Below, in pieces: positions 1 through 7,784 of a stretch of DNA of 64,000 nucleotides; positions within the stretch are counted from its first letter, which is position 1, and each line of letters starts with the position of its first letter. This stretch comes from an uncultured Nitratifractor sp. (lineage in GTDB: Bacteria > Campylobacterota > Campylobacteria > Campylobacterales > Sulfurovaceae), in the NCBI GenBank assembly GCA_913054475.1, contig CAJXJF010000001.1, forward strand, positions 787 through 64,786, written 5' to 3'. The position numbers and the translations under genes are program-made. The notes beneath the pieces were generated by a model, which saw nothing but the letters and a program-made list of their open reading frames with translations, ran no database searches and was not told the origin of the DNA.

Positions 1-2
1 AG

Positions 3-1277
3 TTTTTCGTAAAGGTGGATGCGAAAGTGGATGGAGGATCGACAAGAAGCTGGTATCTGAACTTCAGCGACTCGAAACTGTACAAAAATGGCAATGGAGG
101 CGCTTTCTTGAAGAGAGCCGATATTTCGGATAGAGAGTTGAGAGTCGATCTGGGTATCGAAAGCTGGCCTGTCAATCGGCCCGAACTCCTGAAAGTGCCG
201 TCCGATCAAGTATTGAGTGACGCTGGCGAGCCCGTAACGCTGGATATAGGGATAAGCCAGAGCAACTATGCTGCATTGATGATGAAAGTGAAGGTAGAGC
301 CTCTGCCCACACTCACATATGAAACAAACTGGGATGAGGAGTCTTGGCTCACGGTGGATGAGTACGAAGGAAGAGTCTTCAAGCTCACACTCATACCCGA
401 TAGAGCGCAGAGTAATATCGTGACCATAACGCTTACCGACCGTTACGGCAACGAAACGAGCAACTCTTTTAGAGTCACTGTAAATCAGAGCGTCACCATA
501 ACTGCCGAACCGAGCGAAGGAGATGCACCTCTGGAGGTCAATCTAAGCGCTGTGAGTGCCGAAGAGTTCGGCAGAGTCAAAAGAGTCATATGGGATTTCG
601 GTGATGGAGAGAGAGACGAGAAGAGTGGGGCAAATGTTGTACATATCTTCGAGAAGCCCGGTACCTATGGAGTGAGAGTGAATATCTTCAACGAAAACGG
701 TGCCCATGCGGAAGATAGAAGAGAGATAATCGTCAAAAACGGAAACTTCGTGTATCATCTGAAAAAAGGAAAGAACGAGATATCCCTGCCGACGAGAATG
801 CATCTGGATGAGGATGGGCTACAGGCCATATTCGGGAGCGATGCCATCGACTATCTTGCTAAACAGAGTGGTTTTGGCTGGTCTTATTGGGATAGAGAGA
901 AAAAACCCAATCCCAAGAGATTGATGAGTAGATTCAGTTCGCTCGATTCCACCGAGGGCTTCATACTATATGCTAAAAAGGATTTCGATCTTGTTCTTCC
1001 GATAAAGAGAGATCAAATCGAAGGTAGAGACGATTTCGCCAAACTCTATGGACCGGGATGGTATTTTGTCGGGGTCAACAGCAACAAGAGTATGAAAGAG
1101 ATCGAAGCTCTGGTGGCGAAACAGGGTATGAAACTGGAGATTGTTGAGTATATGGAGCAAAATGGTCGGATATACTTCTATACTCCAGATTCCAAAATGG
1201 ATAGTAGAATCAATCCATCTATCCCCAGACTCGATCATGTAGAGAGGGAGTGGGGCTTCTATGTGAAGGTGAAATAA
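3..1277 (+). CDS. PKD-domain surface/secreted protein, C-terminal part (5' end probably outside window)
   Basis: The frame is open from the window edge, with no stop in codons 3-14. The listed GTG at 15 has no spaced RBS and the product has no signal peptide. A PKD-like segment is present (VIWDFGDGE...HIFEKPGTYGVRVNIFNENG). The C-terminal ~190 aa are unassigned. Confidence 0.6.
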   Translation, partial: FFVKVDAKVDGGSTRSWYLNFSDSKLYKNGNGGAFLKRADISDRELRVDLGIESWPVNRPELLKVPSDQVLSDAGEPVTLDIGISQSNYAALMMKVKVEPLPTLTYETNWDEESWLTVDEYEGRVFKLTLIPDRAQSNIVTITLTDRYGNETSNSFRVTVNQSVTITAEPSEGDAPLEVNLSAVSAEEFGRVKRVIWDFGDGERDEKSGANVVHIFEKPGTYGVRVNIFNENGAHAEDRREIIVKNGNFVYHLKKGKNEISLPTRMHLDEDGLQAIFGSDAIDYLAKQSGFGWSYWDREKKPNPKRLMSRFSSLDSTEGFILYAKKDFDLVLPIKRDQIEGRDDFAKLYGPGWYFVGVNSNKSMKEIEALVAKQGMKLEIVEYMEQNGRIYFYTPDSKMDSRINPSIPRLDHVEREWGFYVKVK

Positions 1278-1363
1278 TGAAGGAGAGAGAGTCCGAGATT
1301 TTATGTATCGATTAATCTAAGCTACGATATTATCACGCAGCAAAAAAACAGAAGAGAGAGAAG

Positions 1364-2947
1364 ATGGAAATCAACACTTTCGAAAAGATACAGAAGAAGG
1401 CAAGCAAAAAGAGTCGAAGTGACTTCCTGAGGCTCGGTCTTTCTCTTGTATTTATGGCACTTGTACTTATCGCGACTTGGGACAAGATTCCAGGCAATCC
1501 TTTTCTTGCGGTAGCGGCACTCTTCGGTGCCTATATGGCTATGAATATTGGTGCCAACGATGTAGCCAACAATGTAGGACCGGCTGTCGGTTCGAAAGCT
1601 CTGACGATGTTCGGGGCTATTGTCATAGCGGCCGTTTTCGAGTCTGCCGGTGCTCTCATAGCCGGTGCGGATGTTACGGGGACTATCAAAAAGGGAATCA
1701 TCTCACCCACCGCATTTTCTCAGCCAGAGTACTTCGTGTGGGCTATGACGGCGGCACTTCTGGCCGCGGCGCTCTGGCTCAATCTCGCCACTTATCTCAA
1801 GGCGCCTGTATCCACCACCCACTCCATAGTGGGTGGTGTGATGGGTGGAGGTATAGCCGCCGCAGGTAGTTTCAGTATAGTCGCTTGGGCTACAATGGGT
1901 AAGATTGTGGCAAGCTGGGTTATCTCTCCCATATTGGGAGGGGTGATAGCGGCTCTCTTTCTCTATGCCATCAAAAAGACCATCGTCTATAAAGATGATA
2001 TGAAAAGGGCGGCTTTGAAGCTGGTGCCACTCTATGTCTCTGTGATGGGATGGGCTTTCGTCACATATATTGCAATCAAGGGTATGAAGCATATCCTCAA
2101 ACTCTCTTTTTCCACAGCCGCAGGAGTAGGACTGCTGGCGGCAATAGCCATCTTCTTCGCAGTCAAAGGGGCATTGTCGAAATACTCCGACTCGATAGTC
2201 AACGAAAGAGAGAGTATCAACAGGCTTTTCACAATTCCCCTCATATTTTCCGCGGCTCTTCTGAGTTTCGCACACGGAGCCAACGATGTGGCCAATGCGG
2301 TAGGGCCGTTGGCCGGTATATACGATGCACTCTCGCACGCCTCGATATCCTCCAGAGCCGCCATCCCTCTCTGGGTTATGGTGATAGGTGCTCTCGGTAT
2401 CTCTCTCGGGCTGGCTCTCTATGGTCCGAAACTCATCAAGACGGTAGGAAGCGAGATAACGGAGCTCGATCAGATTCGAGCCTTCTCCATAGCTTTGGCG
2501 GCCGCAATCACCGTTATTGTGGCATCTCAGCTCGGACTGCCCGTAAGCTCTACACATATAGCGCTCGGAGGAGTCTTTGGAGTCGGATTTCTCAGAGAGT
2601 GGCTTGATAGGACACAGAGACTCGAATATAGAATAGAAGAGGAGAGAACGCGTATAGACGAGATCAAGAGGAGTCTCGAAGCCACAAAGAGCGAGCTTGC
2701 ATCCATAGAGTCCAAAGAGGAGAAGAGCAAGGGTGATTATGAGCGTATAGTAAGACTCTTCGAAAAGGTAAACGACTATGAAAAAGAGCTAAAGAGAGAG
2801 TCCAAAGCTCTAAAAAGGGTATATAAGACTAAATATGTCAAGAGAAGCGCTCTAAACAAAATAGTGGCTGCATGGTTTGTAACTGTTCCTGTGGCGGCCG
2901 GTATCTCCTCGTTGATATTTTATCTGATAAAGGGGATAATGCTCTGA
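1364..2947 (+). CDS. pit: inorganic phosphate transporter, PiT (PHO4) family
   Basis: Two copies of the PiT signature are present (GANDVANNVGPAVGS and GANDVANAVGPLAG). There are about ten hydrophobic helices and a long charged loop before the last helices. Confidence 0.9.
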   Translation: MEINTFEKIQKKASKKSRSDFLRLGLSLVFMALVLIATWDKIPGNPFLAVAALFGAYMAMNIGANDVANNVGPAVGSKALTMFGAIVIAAVFESAGALIAGADVTGTIKKGIISPTAFSQPEYFVWAMTAALLAAALWLNLATYLKAPVSTTHSIVGGVMGGGIAAAGSFSIVAWATMGKIVASWVISPILGGVIAALFLYAIKKTIVYKDDMKRAALKLVPLYVSVMGWAFVTYIAIKGMKHILKLSFSTAAGVGLLAAIAIFFAVKGALSKYSDSIVNERESINRLFTIPLIFSAALLSFAHGANDVANAVGPLAGIYDALSHASISSRAAIPLWVMVIGALGISLGLALYGPKLIKTVGSEITELDQIRAFSIALAAAITVIVASQLGLPVSSTHIALGGVFGVGFLREWLDRTQRLEYRIEEERTRIDEIKRSLEATKSELASIESKEEKSKGDYERIVRLFEKVNDYEKELKRESKALKRVYKTKYVKRSALNKIVAAWFVTVPVAAGISSLIFYLIKGIML

Positions 2948-2952
2948 TACCC

Positions 2953-3645
2953 TCAGCTTTTGGAGCATGGGTCTGCATAGAGAAGAGTTTTGAGTGTTTC
3001 AAATCTCTCTTTCGGGTCGGGGTGGTTGAATTTGAACTCGGCCTCTTTGAGATAGTATATGAAATTGCTATCGTTCACACCGCGGTATTTTTTCATGAAG
3101 TCGTCGAGATAAGTCCAGAATCTGATTATCGTGTTTTTGTGGCTCCTGAGTTTCGTGACTCTGTGAATCTTCAAAAATCGTGAAAACTCTTCGTAGTAGA
3201 TATCCTCCATACTGTCAGAGAGCAGAGAGTTTTTGTATCTGCTCAGGGAGGGCATGAGGATATTATAGACTCTGCCTCCGTAGTCGAAGGTGAGGAAGTC
3301 GTGCGCATCGAAGATAAATCTCTTCTTCTCTCTCTTGTAGTGGTCGAGATAGAGATATTCGTCATATTCGAGGATATCTCCTCTATGCTTTTCATACTCC
3401 TCTTCGAGTAGTGGCAGAGTCGCTTCACGAAAGCGCCCGAAAGCCTTTTTCGCCGTGGGGTAGGAGCATCCGGCCCTTACGGAAGCCTCTTTGGCGCTCG
3501 TATCGTCACAAAAGAGTGATAGCAGACTCAGGTCGCGCCGAAGCTTTTTGAGTCCGTATCGCCGTTTGCACAGAGGGCATTTGACTCTGCCGTCGGATAG
3601 CATGTATAGATGTATTGAGCCGCAGTAGATACACTTTTCTTCCAA
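2953..3645 (-). CDS. IS1595/ISXO2-like zinc-ribbon transposase homologue, short and probably immobile
   Basis: It has an N-terminal CxxC...CxxC ribbon (CIYCGS...CPLCKRRY). The LEYDEY and HKNTIIRFWTYL...YLKEAEFKFNH blocks resemble the IS1595 DDE core. It is only 230 aa, and its stop is 5 nt from the pit stop, which leaves no room for a terminal inverted repeat. Confidence 0.5.
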   Translation of the reverse strand: MEEKCIYCGSIHLYMLSDGRVKCPLCKRRYGLKKLRRDLSLLSLFCDDTSAKEASVRAGCSYPTAKKAFGRFREATLPLLEEEYEKHRGDILEYDEYLYLDHYKREKKRFIFDAHDFLTFDYGGRVYNILMPSLSRYKNSLLSDSMEDIYYEEFSRFLKIHRVTKLRSHKNTIIRFWTYLDDFMKKYRGVNDSNFIYYLKEAEFKFNHPDPKERFETLKTLLYADPCSKS

Positions 3646-3705
3646 GTCCGGTCCGTTTTTTTTATATGAAAAGAGCTTTTTAATTTCGCTCTAATGGTAA
3701 CAGTG

Positions 3706-3711
3706 TATAAT
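3706..3711 (+). promoter_or_regulatory. candidate -10 box (GTG-TATAAT) for the nickel permease/hyp operon
   Basis: TATAAT is preceded by TG and followed by an A-run, 45 nt upstream of the ATG at 3756. It sits in the divergent intergenic region. Confidence 0.3.
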
Positions 3712-3755
3712 TGAAAAAAAACTGAATGAGTATTCATTTATGAACTGGAGGCGCT

Positions 3756-4403
3756 ATGGAGTATGGATTGATGTTGATTTTCTGGTATGGGATACTGCAC
3801 GCTTTCGGGCCGGACCATCTGACGGCCATAGCGGATTTCTCCATAGGAAAGAGTCGCAGAAAGACCCTCTGGATTACCTTCGCTTTCGCCGTCGGGCACG
3901 GCTTGTCTCTCTTCATCTTCGCCAAAATTCTGCAAAACGCCAATCTCTCGGCCGATATACTCGAATATGGAGATATCGTCTCCTCGACTGTCATCATAGC
4001 GATAGGACTCTATCTGCTCTATATGGCTATAAGCGACAGGATTCAGATAGGCTGGCACTCGCACGAAGGCAAAGAGCATATCCATATCTGGTTCGGCAAA
4101 GCCCACAGCCACGATGAAGAGGATGTGCAGAAGAGAAGCGCGTCGGCTCTGACGATAGGCGCCCTCATGGGTGCGGGCGGGGTCAGAGGAATGCTCGTGA
4201 CACTGAGTGCAATATCCCACAACGAGGTGGGGCCGATGATGGTTTTGGCCTTTACACTTGGTGTCATGCTCATATTCATGGGCTTTGGATACTTCATAGC
4301 CCTAGTCAACGACAATCTGCTCGTAAGCAGAAGAAATGTCAGACTGGCTTTCGCCACGGCAGGGGTGCTCAGTCTCGCCGTCGGTGGAGAGATGCTCTTT
4401 TAG
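3756..4403 (+). CDS. secondary nickel/cobalt permease (HX4DH signature; UreH/HupE/NicO-like)
   Basis: HAFGPDH (H-X4-D-H) lies in the first of ~6 TM helices. There is a central His-rich loop (WHSHEGKEHIHIWFGKAHSHDEED). The gene is directly upstream of hypB. Confidence 0.7.
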   Translation: MEYGLMLIFWYGILHAFGPDHLTAIADFSIGKSRRKTLWITFAFAVGHGLSLFIFAKILQNANLSADILEYGDIVSSTVIIAIGLYLLYMAISDRIQIGWHSHEGKEHIHIWFGKAHSHDEEDVQKRSASALTIGALMGAGGVRGMLVTLSAISHNEVGPMMVLAFTLGVMLIFMGFGYFIALVNDNLLVSRRNVRLAFATAGVLSLAVGGEMLF

Positions 4404-4438
4404 AGTCGATATGAAACGAAAAGAGAGAGGGAGAGAAT

Positions 4439-5185
4439 ATGTGTAGAGATTGCGGTTGTTCGATTACGGAGCACCATCATGCCCACAGCCATGCGGGGGT
4501 GGAGGAGACAGTGACCCGGAATCCACAGCTCAACGATGCCAGGACGGTATCGGTGATAGAGAAGATACTGGAAAAAAACGACCATGAAGCTGAGCACAAC
4601 AGAGAGCATTTCGACTCTCACGGTGTATTGGCTATCAATCTCATGAGTTCCCCCGGCAGCGGCAAGACGACTCTGCTGGAGAAGCTCGCCGAGATGTCGC
4701 CTTTTGGATTCGGAGTGATAGAGGGGGACCTCGAAACCAACAGAGATGCCGAGCGCATCGCCGCCAAGGGGATACCGGCCTATCAGATAAGCACGGGAAG
4801 CGCCTGTCATCTGGATGCCTTCATGGTGCACAGAGGCTTGCACGAGATGCCTCTGGATGATATCGATGTCTGCTTCATAGAGAATGTGGGCAATCTGGTA
4901 TGTCCCGCCAGCTACGATGTGGGGACCCATCTCAATATCGTACTCGTCAGTGTCCCGGAGGGGGGAGACAAGATCGAGAAGTATCCCGTCATGTTCCGAC
5001 AGGCCGATCTGGTACTCATCACCAAAACCGATCTGCTTGCATATTTCGACTACGACATAGAGCACGAAAAGGCACAGGCGAGAAAGATAAGGCCGGGAGT
5101 GGATATCCTGGAGGTCAACATGCACGATCCCGCCACCATAGAGAGGGTGGCCGAGTGGATAGAGTTCAAGAGAAAGATGAGATAG
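4439..5185 (+). CDS. hypB: hydrogenase nickel-incorporation GTPase HypB
   Basis: N-terminal MCRDCGC plus the His stretch HHHAHSH. It has the P-loop SSPGSGKTTLL and the ENVGNLVCP and TKTDL motifs. Confidence 0.95.
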   Translation: MCRDCGCSITEHHHAHSHAGVEETVTRNPQLNDARTVSVIEKILEKNDHEAEHNREHFDSHGVLAINLMSSPGSGKTTLLEKLAEMSPFGFGVIEGDLETNRDAERIAAKGIPAYQISTGSACHLDAFMVHRGLHEMPLDDIDVCFIENVGNLVCPASYDVGTHLNIVLVSVPEGGDKIEKYPVMFRQADLVLITKTDLLAYFDYDIEHEKAQARKIRPGVDILEVNMHDPATIERVAEWIEFKRKMR

Positions 5186-5203
5186 TCGCAGAAAGGATAA
5201 ACA

Positions 5204-5485
5204 GTGTGTCTCTCCATACCGAGTAAAGTCGTCTCTATCGATAGAGAGAAAGTGACAGCCGTCGTGGATACGATGGGTGTCAAAAGAGAGGTCGGAATAG
5301 ATTTCATCGAGCATGAGGTCAAGCTGGGGGATTATGTCCTGATTCATATAGGTTTCGCCATGAATATCATAGGAGAGGAGGAGGCTCTGGCCAGTATCGA
5401 GACATACCGTGAAATTCTGGAGCTCATGAGCGAAGAGGAGAGGCAGAGGGCTATCACCGAGAGTGAGAGCTGTAACGGCGGATAG
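5204..5485 (+). CDS. hypC: hydrogenase maturation chaperone HypC
   Basis: 93 aa with the MCLSIP N-terminus (essential Cys2). Its position is between hypB and hypD. Confidence 0.9.
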   Translation: MCLSIPSKVVSIDREKVTAVVDTMGVKREVGIDFIEHEVKLGDYVLIHIGFAMNIIGEEEALASIETYREILELMSEEERQRAITESESCNGG

Positions 5486-5494
5486 GAGGCTGTA

Positions 5495-6646
5495 GTGAGA
5501 AAACTTCAACTAAAAGAGCTCTACGAGCGTTTCAGAGACCCCGCCACGATAAAGGCCCTCGCGAAGCTGATAGAGAAGGAGGCTCGTTCGCTCGAAGAGC
5601 CGCTGAATATCATGGAGGTCTGCGGAGGACATACGCATACCATCATGAAGTACGGTCTCAAACAGCTCCTGCCCGACTCCATCCGCTTCGTCCACGGTCC
5701 GGGCTGTCCGGTCTGCATCATGCCCAAAGAGAGGATAGACCACGCCTATATACTCTCCAAAGAGGAGGGTGTGATACTCGCTACGCTTGGGGATATGATC
5801 AAAGTTCCCGGAAGCAGAGGCTCTTTGCAGAAAGCCAGACGGGAGGGGGCGGATATCCGTTTCGTCTACAGTCCTCTCGATGTACTCAAGATTGCGCGGG
5901 AGAATCCCGACAAAAAGGTGATATTTTTCGCCATTGGTTTCGAGACGACCACCCCGATGAGCGCGGCACTGCTCGAACACGCCATAAAAGAGGGGCTTGA
6001 GAATCTGCTTTTGCATGTCAACCATGTGACGGTACCGGAGGTGATGCAGGAGCTCATAGACAGCAGAGACGAACATATCGACAGCTACAACAACAAAATC
6101 GACGCCTTCATAGGGCCTAGCCATGTGAGTGTCATCGCCGGTGCGAAGATATATCGTCGCTTCCCGCAGAGATATGGCCGTCCGGTCGTGGTGAGCGGTT
6201 TCGAGCCGGTAGATGTGATGGAGGGCGTTCTGATGCTCGTAAGACAGTTCGTGGAGGGTAGATGCGAGCTCGAGATACAGTATCGCAGAAGCGTCACGAT
6301 GGAGGGCAATACGAGTGCCCAGAAGATGATAGATAGATATTTTTGCAAAAGGGAGCTCTTCAAGTGGAGGGGGCTTGGCAACATCCCCCACAGCGCCCTC
6401 AGGCTGAGAGATGAGTACGCCCGATACGATGCGGAGAGGGTATATGCCGATATACTGCCACTCGAAGAGATAGAAGACCACAAACTCTGTATCTGCGGGG
6501 ATATACTCAGAGGGATGGCCGAGCCTACGGAGTGTATGGTCTTCGGTACCGCCTGCAAACCTTCGAATCCTCTTGGAAGCTGTATGGTCAGCAGCGAAGG
6601 GGCCTGCGCGGCATACTACAAATATGGCGACCTCATAGGGGGTTGA
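5495..6646 (+). CDS. hypD: hydrogenase maturation protein HypD
   Basis: It carries GPGCPVC, GFETT and the C-terminal GSCMVSSEGACAAYY motifs. The GTG start lies 5 nt after AGGAGG. Confidence 0.95.
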   Translation: MRKLQLKELYERFRDPATIKALAKLIEKEARSLEEPLNIMEVCGGHTHTIMKYGLKQLLPDSIRFVHGPGCPVCIMPKERIDHAYILSKEEGVILATLGDMIKVPGSRGSLQKARREGADIRFVYSPLDVLKIARENPDKKVIFFAIGFETTTPMSAALLEHAIKEGLENLLLHVNHVTVPEVMQELIDSRDEHIDSYNNKIDAFIGPSHVSVIAGAKIYRRFPQRYGRPVVVSGFEPVDVMEGVLMLVRQFVEGRCELEIQYRRSVTMEGNTSAQKMIDRYFCKRELFKWRGLGNIPHSALRLRDEYARYDAERVYADILPLEEIEDHKLCICGDILRGMAEPTECMVFGTACKPSNPLGSCMVSSEGACAAYYKYGDLIGG

Positions 6647-6751
6647 CGACCCGGCATACAGTATCGTCCGTTTGGGGCGGCAGCCCTTTGTGGACAATAT
6701 CGAAGCACCCGGCTTGGATAGCCCGATATAGAGAGTAGAGAAAGGAGCACG

Positions 6752-7759
6752 ATGAGAGGTGAGATAACTCTGGCACACGGCAACGGCGGAGAGGAGAACA
6801 GGAGTCTCATATCCGGGATATTTTTCAAACATCTGAAAAACGAGATTCTCCAAAAGGCTGAAGATGCGGCTGTAGTACCTTTCGAAAAGGGAGAGAATAT
6901 AGCCTTTACGACCGACAGCTTCACGGTCACTCCGCTCTTTTTCGCCGGAGGCGATATAGGCAAACTCTCGATTTGCGGTACATGCAACGACCTCGCGATG
7001 ATGGGGGCCAGACCCCGATATCTCAGTCTCGCCGTGATGGTGGAGGAGGGTTTTTCCGCAAGAGAGCTCGAAAAGATAGTCCGCTCCATGAAAAAGGAGT
7101 TGGCGAAAAACGGAGCCTCCGTCGTCTGCGGAGATACGAAAGTGATGCCCAAAGGTACGATAGACGGCGTATTGATAAACACTAGCGGTATAGGAGAGAC
7201 GCTTATAGGGGGTATTGGGGCTTCTAAACTGAGAGAGGATGACCTCATAGTCGTCAGCAGAGATATAGGAGCCCATGGAGCCGCGATATTCACCGCGAGA
7301 GAGGGGATAGAGCTCGAAAGCTCCCTCGAGAGCGACTGTACCTCTCTATGGCCGGCGGTGGAGGCCCTGCTGGATGCAGGTATAGAGCCTCACGCCATGA
7401 GAGACGCCACGAGAGGAGGAGTCGCCGCGGTGGTCAACGAGTGGGCAGTCTCGAGCGGAGTATGTATAGAGCTCGAAGAGTCGAAGATACCGATAAGCCA
7501 GAGTGTAAGAGGGATATGCGAGATGCTCGGATTCGAAGCCGTAGCGCTGGCCAACGAGGGGACATTTCTGCTGGCGCTGAGCGCCGAGGATGCTCCGAAG
7601 GCGGTGGAGATTCTCCGGAGTTTCGAGGGTAACGGGAGCGCTTCTGTCATAGGCAGGGTGACGGGAGAGTACGAGGGCAGAGCCCTGCTTCTGAGCGAAT
7701 GGGGGACGAAGCGTTTCCTCGAAAGCCCCAGCGGAGAGCTTCTCCCCCGAATATGCTGA
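6752..7759 (+). CDS. hypE: hydrogenase maturation carbamoyl dehydratase HypE
   Basis: AIR-synthase-like sequence ending in the HypE C-terminal PRIC. AAAGGAG RBS upstream. Confidence 0.95.
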   Translation: MRGEITLAHGNGGEENRSLISGIFFKHLKNEILQKAEDAAVVPFEKGENIAFTTDSFTVTPLFFAGGDIGKLSICGTCNDLAMMGARPRYLSLAVMVEEGFSARELEKIVRSMKKELAKNGASVVCGDTKVMPKGTIDGVLINTSGIGETLIGGIGASKLREDDLIVVSRDIGAHGAAIFTAREGIELESSLESDCTSLWPAVEALLDAGIEPHAMRDATRGGVAAVVNEWAVSSGVCIELEESKIPISQSVRGICEMLGFEAVALANEGTFLLALSAEDAPKAVEILRSFEGNGSASVIGRVTGEYEGRALLLSEWGTKRFLESPSGELLPRIC

Positions 7760-7784
7760 TACCCCGACTTCCGGAAAGTATGAG

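Noticed and set aside
2590-2860. A long charged coiled-coil segment inside the PiT transporter, considered as a possible gene fusion.
   Set aside because: PiT-family proteins normally carry a large hydrophilic loop between the two homologous halves or before the last helices. The frame is continuous and hydrophobic helices resume after it.
3706-3735. A possible NikR-type operator (TATAATT-N11-...) overlapping the putative hyp promoter, and a GAAT-N4-ATTC mini-palindrome.
   Set aside because: Only the first half-site resembles the TATWATT-N11-AATWATA pattern. The second half matches at 4 of 7 positions at best, and the palindrome is only 4 bp. This is not distinguishable from chance in AT-rich DNA.
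5510-7276. Very long antisense ORFs opposite well-supported genes: 5510-7276, 7647-9152, 16849-18144, 28314-29462, 19743-20663, 54203-55177, 57796-58647, 59130-59930, 60783-61595 and 1703-2557.
   Set aside because: Each lies entirely opposite a gene with clear family motifs (hypD/E, hypX, murF, purF, coaBC, lon, sucC, sucD, oorA, pit). Their products are low-complexity and rich in Arg, Ser, His and Tyr, with no recognisable motifs or RBS. They are explained by the codon bias of the sense genes, in which TTA, CTA and TCA are rare.
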